Assembly (NCBI GenBank): GCA_964429795.1
Contig: CAYSCW010000004.1
Span: 35,939 to 99,938 of the forward strand
Source: an uncultured Eubacteriales bacterium
Lineage (GTDB): Bacteria > Acidobacteriota > Aminicenantia > Aminicenantales > Aminicenantaceae
Length of the DNA stretch: 64,000 bases
Direction of reading: 5' to 3'
A program made the position numbers and the translations under genes. Each line of letters begins with the position of its first letter. The stretch's first letter is position 1. The notes beneath the pieces are model-generated. The model saw only the letters and a program-made list of their open reading frames with translations, did no database searches and was not told the DNA's origin. Positions 55,879 through 64,000 of this stretch are shown in pieces.

Positions 55879-56466
55879 TTACTTATTCTCTGTCTCTTTC
55901 TTGTAATCGTTCGGATTGTCGATATCCCGGAGAACTGCGGGAGTGTCTACCTCCACCTCCAGGGTATCCCCCGGATGATTGTAGACAATGCCTCGCAGGC
56001 CCACATCAGGGCTCAGATCTTCGATTTCTTTCCGGTATTTGACATCGATAAGGACCGGGTGACCTCGATTCTTTTTAAAGGCAGGAACGACGATTCCCTT
56101 TTTTGAGCTTTTGAAAGCCTCAATGACTTTATCCATGACAGAAGGAGGAATCGATGGTTGGTCACCCAAGCAGACCAAAACGCCTCGAATATTTTCCGGG
56201 ATGGCGTTAAGTCCCCATTGCACAGAAGAGAGCATCCCCTTTTTGTAATGAGGATTTACAGTGATGGTAACAGGAAGATCTTCTATTTTTTCTTCTATCT
56301 TTTCAGGATCTGCTCCCAGAACAACCAAGGCCTCATCTGCTTTCGACTGAATGACGTTGGTGACTACGGTTTCGACGATTGTCTTATCCCCAAAAGGAAG
56401 AAGAAGCTTGGGCTTCCCCATCCTTTTGGATTCTCCGGCCGCAAGAATGATTGCTCCTATCAACAT
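55879..56466 (-). CDS. mocA: Molybdenum cofactor cytidylyltransferase (MocA/MobA-like nucleotidyltransferase)
   Basis: N-terminus MLIGAIILAAGESKRMGKPKLLLPF, typical of MobA-like nucleotidyltransferases; 195 aa; adjacent to xdhC. Confidence 0.65.
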   Translation of the reverse strand: MLIGAIILAAGESKRMGKPKLLLPFGDKTIVETVVTNVIQSKADEALVVLGADPEKIEEKIEDLPVTITVNPHYKKGMLSSVQWGLNAIPENIRGVLVCLGDQPSIPPSVMDKVIEAFKSSKKGIVVPAFKKNRGHPVLIDVKYRKEIEDLSPDVGLRGIVYNHPGDTLEVEVDTPAVLRDIDNPNDYKKETENK

Positions 56467-57542
56467 CTTCCCTTCCTTCTTTCACGGATTTGGCTCCGGA
56501 CCCGTACGAGCTGGGCGGCGATGCTCAAAGCGATCTCTTCAACAGTCTTGGAGCCAATATCGAGGCCGATGGGGGAATGAACGCGGTCAAATTGTTCCTC
56601 TCTCGCCCAACCTCGCTCGAGGAATTTCTCCCTCATCATTTTCACTTTCCGAGCACTGCCGATCATGCCGATATAGGCAGCATCCGAAGCGATACACTCT
56701 CGAAGGGCTTCGGCGTCATAGTGATGTCCTCGAGTAGCGATCACCAAATAGGTATCTGGGCCTATAGGAAATTTTGTGATGGCCCTACTGATCTCATCGA
56801 TGATAAAATGATCCGCATCCGGAATGTTTTCTCTGTTGGCAAATTCTGGGCGATCATCGATGACCGTCACTTCAAAATCCAGAAAATTTCCCAGGTGAGC
56901 CACGGCACGGCCGACGTGTCCGGCGCCGGCAATTACCAATCGGGGCAATGGAATAACTGGCTCTAAGAAGAGAAGACTCTCCTTCACTCCCCTCTGCCTT
57001 TCCTGCATCTTTACCAGTGTGGGCCTTTCCTCCGCTAATGCCTTGGCAATATGGTCTTTTAATATCGATAGTGATTTTCCCAGGTTGGCCAGAGACTTCT
57101 CATTGCCTTTTATCCAATTTCGGAAGATGGAGATACTTCCGCCTGAAAATTCTTTTATCCATGTGGACAAAAGGCCATGCTTCCGGCGAAGGAAGGATTG
57201 CTGGAGATCTTTGAAGGCATTTTCGTGTTTCGTCGGTGAGACATCGAGAAGGATTCTTACTTGGCCTCCGCATATAGACTCTTCATCTGAAGAAATGTCG
57301 GCATTGAGGTCAAATTGATAAAGAAGAGAGCTTCCTCTTTTTAAGGCATCCTGGGCTCTCTTCAGGGCATCACCTTCCAACAGCCCGCCACCCAGAGTTC
57401 CGGCGAGGAGTCTTTCCGAAGAAAATACGGCTGATGCTCCTGGTACTTGAGGCGTAGAGCCCTTGGCCTCGATGATTGTGGCCAATACTACTTGCTTTTT
57501 CTCTTTTAATATCTCGGAGAGATGAACATAGATATTTTTCAT
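56460..57542 (-). CDS. xdhC: XdhC/CoxI-family molybdoenzyme maturation (Moco insertion) factor
   Basis: N-terminal XdhC_CoxI domain and a C-terminal Rossmann-like domain (LVIAGAGHVGRAVAHL); 360 aa; overlaps mocA by 7 nt. Confidence 0.75.
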   Translation of the reverse strand: MKNIYVHLSEILKEKKQVVLATIIEAKGSTPQVPGASAVFSSERLLAGTLGGGLLEGDALKRAQDALKRGSSLLYQFDLNADISSDEESICGGQVRILLDVSPTKHENAFKDLQQSFLRRKHGLLSTWIKEFSGGSISIFRNWIKGNEKSLANLGKSLSILKDHIAKALAEERPTLVKMQERQRGVKESLLFLEPVIPLPRLVIAGAGHVGRAVAHLGNFLDFEVTVIDDRPEFANRENIPDADHFIIDEISRAITKFPIGPDTYLVIATRGHHYDAEALRECIASDAAYIGMIGSARKVKMMREKFLERGWAREEQFDRVHSPIGLDIGSKTVEEIALSIAAQLVRVRSQIRERRKGRC

Positions 57543-57596
57543 TCTATCGCCTTCGCTTTCCTCAGCTCACTCACAGAATACTAAATAAGAAAATTT

Positions 57597-58172
57597 TCAA
57601 CAAGGATCGCAGACATCTCCAAACCCGTGATGAGTGAAGATAGCCTTTCTCATCTGAGAAAAAGCATCTTTCTCTTCTATATCAAATACTCTTACTTCTT
57701 TGTCTCTAAGCAGGCGGAGAAAATCTTTGAGGATACTTTTTCTGATGACAAGAATAAGGCCCTTTGGAGGAGATGAGAGAGCCTGTCTCAAAGCTGACCA
57801 TAACCCTTCTCCCTTGATCTCCAGAGGACCGATTTCATCGACCACCAGAATATTGACTCCTCTGCTTCGCAAGATCTGATCTCTTGCGTGGGCCAAGGCT
57901 TCAGGAATAAAAAAATACGACCCGATTCTTTCCCATCCCTCTTCTCCCTCCCTGCGGATGTAAGGAATGTATTGCTCATCTTTTAGATCATATAAATCAT
58001 ATCCAAGAATTTCCTTGTTTCTAATAATAGCCACACTCAGAAAACCGGCTGTCTTAAGGTTTTCCCTCCTCAAACTATCAACAAGCCTCTTTAAAAAAGT
58101 GGTCTTTCCCGAATGAACAGGACCAGTAAGCACAAAAATCATGGATAAAAGATAATAAATAAGCGCAGCCAA
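57597..58172 (-). CDS. P-loop NTPase, THEP1/NTPase_1-like
   Basis: Walker A motif GPVHSGKTT and Walker B motif LVVDEIGPLE; about 180 aa; heads the xdhC-mocA operon. An alternative start MIFVLTG lies at 58142. Confidence 0.45.
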   Translation of the reverse strand: MAALIYYLLSMIFVLTGPVHSGKTTFLKRLVDSLRRENLKTAGFLSVAIIRNKEILGYDLYDLKDEQYIPYIRREGEEGWERIGSYFFIPEALAHARDQILRSRGVNILVVDEIGPLEIKGEGLWSALRQALSSPPKGLILVIRKSILKDFLRLLRDKEVRVFDIEEKDAFSQMRKAIFTHHGFGDVCDPC

Positions 58173-58226
58173 GTCAAAATCTAACTGGGAATCAAGATCA
58201 TATCCATTTCTGGGATGAGTTTGAGG

Positions 58227-58323
58227 ACAGTCAGGTAAGCTAATTCGTCAGCCCGCGAATTTTCCCCAGCGAGGATGGAGGGGAACCGACGCTTTTATCA
58301 GCTATCACGAAAATGGAACTGCC
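58227..58323 (+). repeat. Mosaic leader repeat, copy B: IR-L arm, M1, degenerate M3 upstream of the ArsA-like gene
   Basis: ACAGTCAGGTAAGCT at 58227-58241, then AATTCGTCAGCCCGCGAATTTTCCCCAGCGAGGATGGAGGGGAACC, then TCACGAAAATGGAACTGCC at 58305-58323, which is 80 nt before the 58402 start. Confidence 0.65.
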
Positions 58324-58401
58324 AGCAAAGAAAAAGGAGTGATATTGACTTACTCCTTGGGCATGATACAATAGTTTTACTCTCTAAAACAGAGAAAGAA
58401 G

Positions 58402-59565
58402 ATGCGGATTATTCTTTTTACAGGAAAAGGAGGCGTGGGGAAGACGACTCTCGCGGCAGCAACAGCGCTTCTTTCTGCCCAAAAAGGTCACAAGACCCTT
58501 ATCATCTCAGCTGACGCAGCACATAGCCTCTCTGATTCATTGGAGACTCAACTTTCCAACCAACCCCGCAATATAGCACCTAACCTTTACGGTCAGGAGG
58601 TCAATGCTCTTGAGGAAATCGAGAAGAAATGGGGAGAAATCAAAAACTATCTCGTCGCTTTTTTCTCCAGCCAGGGTATCGATACCATCGAGGCAGAAGA
58701 GATGAGTGTTTTCCCTGGTATGGAGGAACTCTTCAGCCTGATGGAAATCCGTCAATACCATAAAGACGAAGAATACGATGTTACCATCGTCGACTGTGCC
58801 CCCACTGGCGACACCCTCAGATTCTTGAGCGCCCCTGAAATTACCGGCTGGTATCTCAAACATATCTTTCCCCTCCAGAGAACCGCGGCGAAAGCGGTAA
58901 GGCCCGTAGCCAGTCGAGTCCTTCCTTTCCCTTTTCCAGAAGACAAGGTCTTTGAAGCCATGAAAAGCCTGACCACACAGCTGGCAGAGATGAAAGAAAT
59001 CCTTATCGATCCCCAAAAAACCTCCATCCGCCTCATCATCAACCCTGAAAAAATGGTGATCAAAGAAGCCCAGCGGGCTTATACTTTCTTCAACCTCTTC
59101 GGATATTCTGTCGATCTTGTCATCGTCAATCGCATCATTCCCGCTGAAGTCCGTGATGCCTATTTTATAAAATGGAAATCCATTCAGAAGGAATATCTGC
59201 AAATGATCAAAGAGATTTTTTCTCCTCTTCCCATTTTTTTCTCAAATCTCTTCTCCCAGGAAGTTCTGGGAAAAGAACTCCTCACCAAGATGGCTGGGAA
59301 AGTCTACGGGAAAGAGGATCCCACAAAATTGTTCTTCACCCAGAAACCAATATCCATCGAGAAAGCTGACGGAGGCTTTGATATTTTTTTGTATCTTCCT
59401 TTTGTCAAAAAGCGGGACTTGGACCTTTTCCAAAAGGGAGAAGAACTCTTCATCAAGGTTGGACATTACAAAAGAAATATACTTCTTCCTCAAACCCTTC
59501 TCAACTACTCTATTAAAGAAGCAAAGTTTGATAAGGAAATGCTGAAAATATGCTTTCGCCAATAA
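58402..59565 (+). CDS. ArsA/Get3-family anion-transporting-type ATPase (single-domain form)
   Basis: Deviant Walker A motif FTGKGGVGKTT; 387 aa. Confidence 0.75.
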   Translation: MRIILFTGKGGVGKTTLAAATALLSAQKGHKTLIISADAAHSLSDSLETQLSNQPRNIAPNLYGQEVNALEEIEKKWGEIKNYLVAFFSSQGIDTIEAEEMSVFPGMEELFSLMEIRQYHKDEEYDVTIVDCAPTGDTLRFLSAPEITGWYLKHIFPLQRTAAKAVRPVASRVLPFPFPEDKVFEAMKSLTTQLAEMKEILIDPQKTSIRLIINPEKMVIKEAQRAYTFFNLFGYSVDLVIVNRIIPAEVRDAYFIKWKSIQKEYLQMIKEIFSPLPIFFSNLFSQEVLGKELLTKMAGKVYGKEDPTKLFFTQKPISIEKADGGFDIFLYLPFVKKRDLDLFQKGEELFIKVGHYKRNILLPQTLLNYSIKEAKFDKEMLKICFRQ

Positions 59566-59610
59566 ATCATTAGAGATGATCTCATTTTCCTCTGGAAAGG
59601 AGGTGAGACG

Positions 59611-59820
59611 ATGAACGAAGCAAAAACAAGAGAGATAAGAATCTCGATTCCAGAAGAGCTGTTTTCCTTCTTTCTCCCAGAAAAAACGCTCCATCATTTT
59701 TTCAATGCTCGCAAAGAAATGTTGCTTGCTCTGCGTTCCCTGATCGATGCAAAAATTGAAGCACTGGAGAAAAAGGAAGAAAAGACAGCGACAAAAAAGA
59801 AGAAAATCAAAATCGACTGA
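59611..59820 (+). CDS. Small hypothetical protein (possible ribbon-helix-helix-like fold, lysine-rich tail)
   Basis: 69 aa; strong RBS AGGAGGTGA 6 nt upstream; a predicted beta-strand (REIRISIPEE) followed by two helices. Confidence 0.4.
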   Translation: MNEAKTREIRISIPEELFSFFLPEKTLHHFFNARKEMLLALRSLIDAKIEALEKKEEKTATKKKKIKID

Positions 59821-60024
59821 TTCACCGGGCAAGACTTTAATAACCTTGATGGTCTGCGGGAAAAACCTTAGACCTGCCTTCATTCTCTTCATAGTGATGG
59901 CAACGATGGTCTGACCCTATAATTTTCACAAATTTCACAAATTTCAGGTTGACTTGAATCTTGTTTAATATTAGAGTATTTATGCTTTAAAATCGCTACA
60001 TAAACCAACTAACAGAAAGTTCTG

Positions 60025-60681
60025 ATGAGCATCCAGATACAGCAGACCTCAAGGATTCTGCCGCGAAAATTGATTACCTCCTTTCCCCATCATCTAAGCC
60101 GGTTGGCTTCCCTGCTGATTAGCCTCCGAGTTAATCCCAACACCATAAGTGTTTTTGCTCTTCTGGCAGGATTGGGAGCTGGGCTGCTTTTTTTCTTCCA
60201 AAAAACTTTCTGGGCTGGCATAGTCATCATCATCTGCGGTCTCCTGGATATTCTCGATGGAAAGGTTGCTGTCGGCTCCGACAGGAAAAGTCTGTTTGGA
60301 GCCATATTCGATTCCACTCTCGATAGATACTCTGAATTTTTCATCTATCTTGGCCTTGCTGTCTATTTCAGGAATCACTGGGCTCTCTGGGTGGCAATCC
60401 TCGCATTCCTTGGCTCTGCGATGGTTAGTTATACCCGTGCCCGTGCCGAGGGATTAGGAGTCGAGTGCAAAGTAGGTATCATGCAGAGAGCCGAGAGGAT
60501 TGTTTTTCTCTCTTTAGGGTCCATCCTTGGTTCTCTTTTTAAAGTCTTTGATCCCTCCATTATCGGGGTCCTGATTCTGATCGCCACCTTTTCTAACTTC
60601 ACAGCTCTTCAAAGAACTTTCTACGTCAGAAAAGTGGAAAAACAAAAGAAATCAAAAAAGGAGGTCCTCACGAATGGATAA
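60025..60681 (+). CDS. CDP-alcohol phosphatidyltransferase (candidate phosphatidylinositol-phosphate synthase)
   Basis: CDP-OH_P_transf signature D-G-x2-A-x8-G-x3-D-x3-D in [31 protein letters not shown]; 218 aa, multi-TM; overlaps the MIPS gene by 8 nt. Confidence 0.7.
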   Translation: MSIQIQQTSRILPRKLITSFPHHLSRLASLLISLRVNPNTISVFALLAGLGAGLLFFFQKTFWAGIVIIICGLLDILDGKVAVGSDRKSLFGAIFDSTLDRYSEFFIYLGLAVYFRNHWALWVAILAFLGSAMVSYTRARAEGLGVECKVGIMQRAERIVFLSLGSILGSLFKVFDPSIIGVLILIATFSNFTALQRTFYVRKVEKQKKSKKEVLTNG

Positions 60682-61789
60682 AATTAGAGTCGCTATCATC
60701 GGAGCCGGCAACTGTGCTTCTTCTTTGCTTCAGGGAGTAGAATATTACAAAAATGCCAAGGAAACAGATTACATTCCTGGTGTGATGCATGTCAGCCTTG
60801 GTGGCTATCATATCCGCGATATAGAATTCGTCGCGGCCTTTGACATCGATAGAAACAAAGTCGGAAAGGACCTGAGCGAGGCAATATTTACTCGGCCCAA
60901 CAACACCACAAGATTTGCTGAGGTCCCTCGTCTCAACGTCAAAGTCGAGCGAGGCATGACCCACGACGGTCTGGGAAAGTACCTATCTGAAATCATCAAG
61001 AAAGCTCCAGGCTCCACAACCGATGTGGTCGGTATACTTAAAGAAGTCAAAACAGATGTGGTTATCAATTATCTTCCAGTAGGGAGTGAAGAAGCCACCA
61101 AATGGTACGTGGAACAAATCCTTGAGGCAGGCTGTGCTTTTGTCAATTGCATTCCCGTCTTCATCGCCAGCGAGAAATATTGGCAGAGAAGGTTCGAAAA
61201 GAAGAATCTTCCTATCATCGGCGACGACATCAAATCTCAAGTTGGGGCAACCATTCTCCACAGGACTCTGGTGAATTTGTATCTTGACCGGGGTATGCCC
61301 ATCGAAAGAACCTACCAGCTGAACACTGGAGGAAATACAGACTTCCTGAATATGCTGGAGAGGGAAAGGCTGGCGTCCAAGAAAAAATCAAAGACAAACG
61401 CTGTCACTTCTCAAATAAAAGCCAGAGGACTGGAAATTCATCCGGACAATGTCCATGTCGGCCCCAGTGACTATGTCCCTTGGCAGAAAGACAACAAGAT
61501 CTGCTTCTTGCGGATAGAGAGCCGCCATTTCGGCGATGTTCCCACCTACCTCGATTGCCGCCTGTCTGTGGAAGATTCTCCAAACTCTGCTGGTGTGGTG
61601 ATCGACGCTATTCGTTGCTGTAAATTGGCACTCAACAACAAATTGTCCGGAACTCTTTATGCTCCTTCCTCCTACTTCATGAAGACCCCTCCCAGACAGT
61701 ATACTGACACGGAGGCCAAGGAACAGACAGAGAAATTCATCAAAAAATACGGAAAAAAAGAAGCCAAACCAGCCACAAAAAAAATTTAA
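60674..61789 (+). CDS. myo-inositol-1-phosphate (inositol-3-phosphate) synthase, short archaeal/bacterial type
   Basis: N-terminus [26 protein letters not shown] with the NAD-binding and catalytic layout of about 370-aa MIPS enzymes; AAGGAGG RBS. Confidence 0.75.
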   Translation: MDKIRVAIIGAGNCASSLLQGVEYYKNAKETDYIPGVMHVSLGGYHIRDIEFVAAFDIDRNKVGKDLSEAIFTRPNNTTRFAEVPRLNVKVERGMTHDGLGKYLSEIIKKAPGSTTDVVGILKEVKTDVVINYLPVGSEEATKWYVEQILEAGCAFVNCIPVFIASEKYWQRRFEKKNLPIIGDDIKSQVGATILHRTLVNLYLDRGMPIERTYQLNTGGNTDFLNMLERERLASKKKSKTNAVTSQIKARGLEIHPDNVHVGPSDYVPWQKDNKICFLRIESRHFGDVPTYLDCRLSVEDSPNSAGVVIDAIRCCKLALNNKLSGTLYAPSSYFMKTPPRQYTDTEAKEQTEKFIKKYGKKEAKPATKKI

Positions 61790-61932
61790 GCGTACTTCCT
61801 TCTTCATTTTCTGGAGAGACTTATCCGGTCGAGGATGAGCCGAGGAGAGTACGATTCCCTGAGGGTGGGATACCCACTAAAAAAAAGAGTGAAGCGCGAA
61901 ATCATTATCTCACTAGAAAAAAATAGAATAAC

Positions 61933-64000
61933 ATGGTTATAAAAAGGTTCTTCTTTTCAGTTTTTGCTGTCTTTCTTCTTTTTTCTTTCCCCATTTTGGC
62001 CATAGAAACCGGGAAAATCCAGGGTAAGGTCACAGACGAGAGCGGTATAGGACTGCCTGGAGTTCAAATAACGGTGAAAAGCCCAAACCTGCAAGGAGTG
62101 AGGGCTGTCATCTCCTCAAAAAGTGGCGAATTTAACTTCCCTCTCCTCCCCGTTGGCAATTACACCTTGCGCTTTTTGCAGGAAGGATTTACTCCTCTTG
62201 TCCAGGAAAACATAATTGTTCGTCTCGGACAGGTGACTGATCTGAGAATCATTATGCAGCTCTCCGAGATAAAAGAGGAAATCGTAGTCACGGCCAAAAC
62301 TCCTCTCATCGATAAGACTTCCACCAACACCAGTTTTCACATCACTTCTGATGAGCTGGAAAAGATTCCTGCTCAGAATCGCACGGTGGTCGATGTGATC
62401 AAATTCACTCCTGGAGTAACCGGTGTTAGGGTAAACACCCGAAGAGGCATAGCCATGGAAGGGCAGCCGAGTTTCCGGGGGGAAGGAGAAGAAGGAAACA
62501 ACTGGATTGTGGATGGCCTTTCCATCAGCGGAGTGAGACTGAGAAATTCTGGAATGCGGCTTAATTTCGATTCAATCGATGAAATACAGATCATTTCCGA
62601 CCCTTTTAGCCCTGAATTCGGATCGGCCTATGGCGGAATCATTAACATGGTGACAAAAAGCGGGAGCAACCAAATAGAGGGAGAATTTTCTCTGGTCTTC
62701 AGCGATAAAAGGCTTCAATCCTCACGAAAAGAGCAACTTGCTGTGATCAGTGAACCTGAGCGTTTCTCCAATTACAACTGGTACTTCAACCTGGGCGGCC
62801 CTCTGATCAAAGACAGACTGTGGTTCTTTATATCAAACAATTTTTTTTCAGACACGGAACAGACAAGGGACGCCACGATGGATTACTTTTTTATCCCGGG
62901 TGGTGATAAGACCGTCCGCAGCGATAATCTCTTCGCTAAGCTCTCCTATGCCATAAACAGCAATCACAATCTCTCCTTAACCACGATCTTCCATAAATCT
63001 TTGGGACAGAAGGGAGGAACAGGAATACTTGATATGTTTGAGGAGAAACACTTCTCCGACTTCATCTTCCGCATAAACTATAAAGGGATATTGAACGCTT
63101 CTACCTTTATCGAAGCTGGTTTAGGACAAGTGGTGAGAGACTCCCTCATAGAACCGACCGACCAAGACTTAGGGCCAGGTCAGTACTATATCGAAGATTT
63201 GGCCCGCAATGTCCATAACTCCTACGGTAATGTCACAGATAATCAGAAAAGGCTCGATTTCAACTTTAAACTCAACAAATACCAGGAAACAGAGAATTTC
63301 GGACGCCATGAATTAAGCCTTGGCCTCGAATACTATGCCTTCTCCTCTGAATTTGCAGTAGATTTCACCGGAAAGGAGGAGGATCTATTCCCTGGAAATG
63401 GCTTTGACAGTGGGACTAAATATTACTTCGGCTCCTGGAAAGAAGGGAAAAGAACACCCACCTTTTTCTATGAATATGCGGATTTCAACTTCGTCAATTC
63501 TTCCCTAGGCATAGGATTGTATTTTAAGGATAAGATCTCCTGGGGAAGATTCACTCTCATGGTAGGAGTCCGGAGCCAGACTCAGGTTTGTCGCAATAAT
63601 AATAAAGATAAACTCTGGTCCTGGAATCTGAACGATTTCCTCTCGCCTCGGCTTTCTCTGGCTATCGACATCACCGGCGATGGAAATAATATACTGAAAC
63701 TCGGTTGGGGAAGATTTTCGGATCTGATAACCACCATGCCGTTGGGCCTGTTCAACAGTGGTGCAGGACTCAATTTCCGCACATACAGGTGGATAGGACT
63801 GTCGGAGCCGACAGAAGATGAAACACATGATCCCTCCAACTGGGAATTCGAAAACGAGCAAAAAACGCAGCCTTTTGAAGTGGCTGAGGGTTTAAAGCCC
63901 AATTTCCTCACCCGTTACCTTGTCGAATTCGACCGGAGGCTGGGAAGCGATTGGGCTCTCAAGGTTCGCTATGTCCGCTCCAGGGCCAAAGGTTTGCTGG
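61933..64000 (+). CDS. Outer-membrane receptor (carboxypeptidase-regulatory-like domain plus TonB-dependent-receptor-like plug and barrel); 3' end truncated by the window edge
   Basis: Signal peptide MVIKRFFFSVFAVFLLFSFPILA; CarbopepD_reg-like segment GKIQGKVTDESGIGLPGVQITVKSP; plug motif FGSAYGGIINMVTKSG. The ORF stays open to position 64000. Confidence 0.5.
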   Translation, partial: MVIKRFFFSVFAVFLLFSFPILAIETGKIQGKVTDESGIGLPGVQITVKSPNLQGVRAVISSKSGEFNFPLLPVGNYTLRFLQEGFTPLVQENIIVRLGQVTDLRIIMQLSEIKEEIVVTAKTPLIDKTSTNTSFHITSDELEKIPAQNRTVVDVIKFTPGVTGVRVNTRRGIAMEGQPSFRGEGEEGNNWIVDGLSISGVRLRNSGMRLNFDSIDEIQIISDPFSPEFGSAYGGIINMVTKSGSNQIEGEFSLVFSDKRLQSSRKEQLAVISEPERFSNYNWYFNLGGPLIKDRLWFFISNNFFSDTEQTRDATMDYFFIPGGDKTVRSDNLFAKLSYAINSNHNLSLTTIFHKSLGQKGGTGILDMFEEKHFSDFIFRINYKGILNASTFIEAGLGQVVRDSLIEPTDQDLGPGQYYIEDLARNVHNSYGNVTDNQKRLDFNFKLNKYQETENFGRHELSLGLEYYAFSSEFAVDFTGKEEDLFPGNGFDSGTKYYFGSWKEGKRTPTFFYEYADFNFVNSSLGIGLYFKDKISWGRFTLMVGVRSQTQVCRNNNKDKLWSWNLNDFLSPRLSLAIDITGDGNNILKLGWGRFSDLITTMPLGLFNSGAGLNFRTYRWIGLSEPTEDETHDPSNWEFENEQKTQPFEVAEGLKPNFLTRYLVEFDRRLGSDWALKVRYVRSRAKGLL

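Noticed and set aside
1-64000. Screen for tRNA, rRNA, CRISPR arrays, transposases, integrases and restriction-modification or other defence genes
   Set aside because: No cloverleaf-compatible T-loop and anticodon arrangement, no rRNA-like conserved stretches, no direct-repeat and spacer arrays, and no DDE, tyrosine-recombinase or serine-recombinase, nuclease, helicase or methyltransferase motifs were seen in any frame.

Overview
This 64-kb window appears to come from an anaerobic bacterium with roughly 45% GC. Almost all of it is protein-coding; I found no rRNA, tRNA or CRISPR array. I could not run BLAST or HMM searches, so every family assignment rests on motifs read from the translations. 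The window has five parts. (1) 356-3646: an ArsB/NhaD-type permease, a ketopantoate-reductase-like protein and a Sir2 deacylase. (2) 3683-22625: a catabolic island that looks like anaerobic aromatic/alicyclic acyl-CoA metabolism. It holds a MOP-like aldehyde oxidoreductase (FeS-Mo fusion with a separate FAD subunit), an amidohydrolase-2 protein, a DUF35 plus SCPx-thiolase pair, an SDR, a 782-aa 3-hydroxyacyl-CoA dehydrogenase/enoyl-CoA hydratase fusion, a 376-aa crotonase that resembles ring-opening BamA/Oah, an SSS transporter, an ADP-forming acyl-CoA synthetase, a radical-dehydratase activase with a single HGD-D subunit, and a Dch-like hydratase plus Had-like Zn-ADH pair. A plsY gene remnant lies at the left edge of the island. 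(3) 22696-39019: the most unusual part, a signalling/transport island. One minus-strand operon reads STAS antagonist, TLC-HEAT fusion, TLC-HEAT fusion, FHA-GAF-PP2C phosphatase; the two fusions are TLC (ATP/ADP-translocase-family) transporters with C-terminal HEAT repeats. A third TLC paralog lies nearby. An extracytoplasmic PPP-family phosphatase is translationally coupled to a secreted protein with minimal RIO/Kdo/WaaP-like kinase motifs, and two more secreted paralogs of that protein sit in tandem. An RsbW-like anti-sigma kinase is also present, with no sigma factor gene in the window. A mosaic repeat family (three sequence modules plus a 15-bp inverted repeat) occupies the 5' leaders of several of these genes. 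(4) 39138-45790: a beta-oxidation cluster (ECH, ACAD, HBD, thiolase, and a thiolase-OB-fold fusion). (5) 45827-64000: a TonB-dependent receptor, a Tat-exported PaoABC/HCR-like Mo-flavo-FeS enzyme, an IorAB-like two-subunit Mo hydroxylase, the Moco accessory genes XdhC and MocA, an ArsA-like ATPase, a CDP-alcohol phosphatidyltransferase plus inositol-3-phosphate synthase operon, and a partial outer-membrane receptor.
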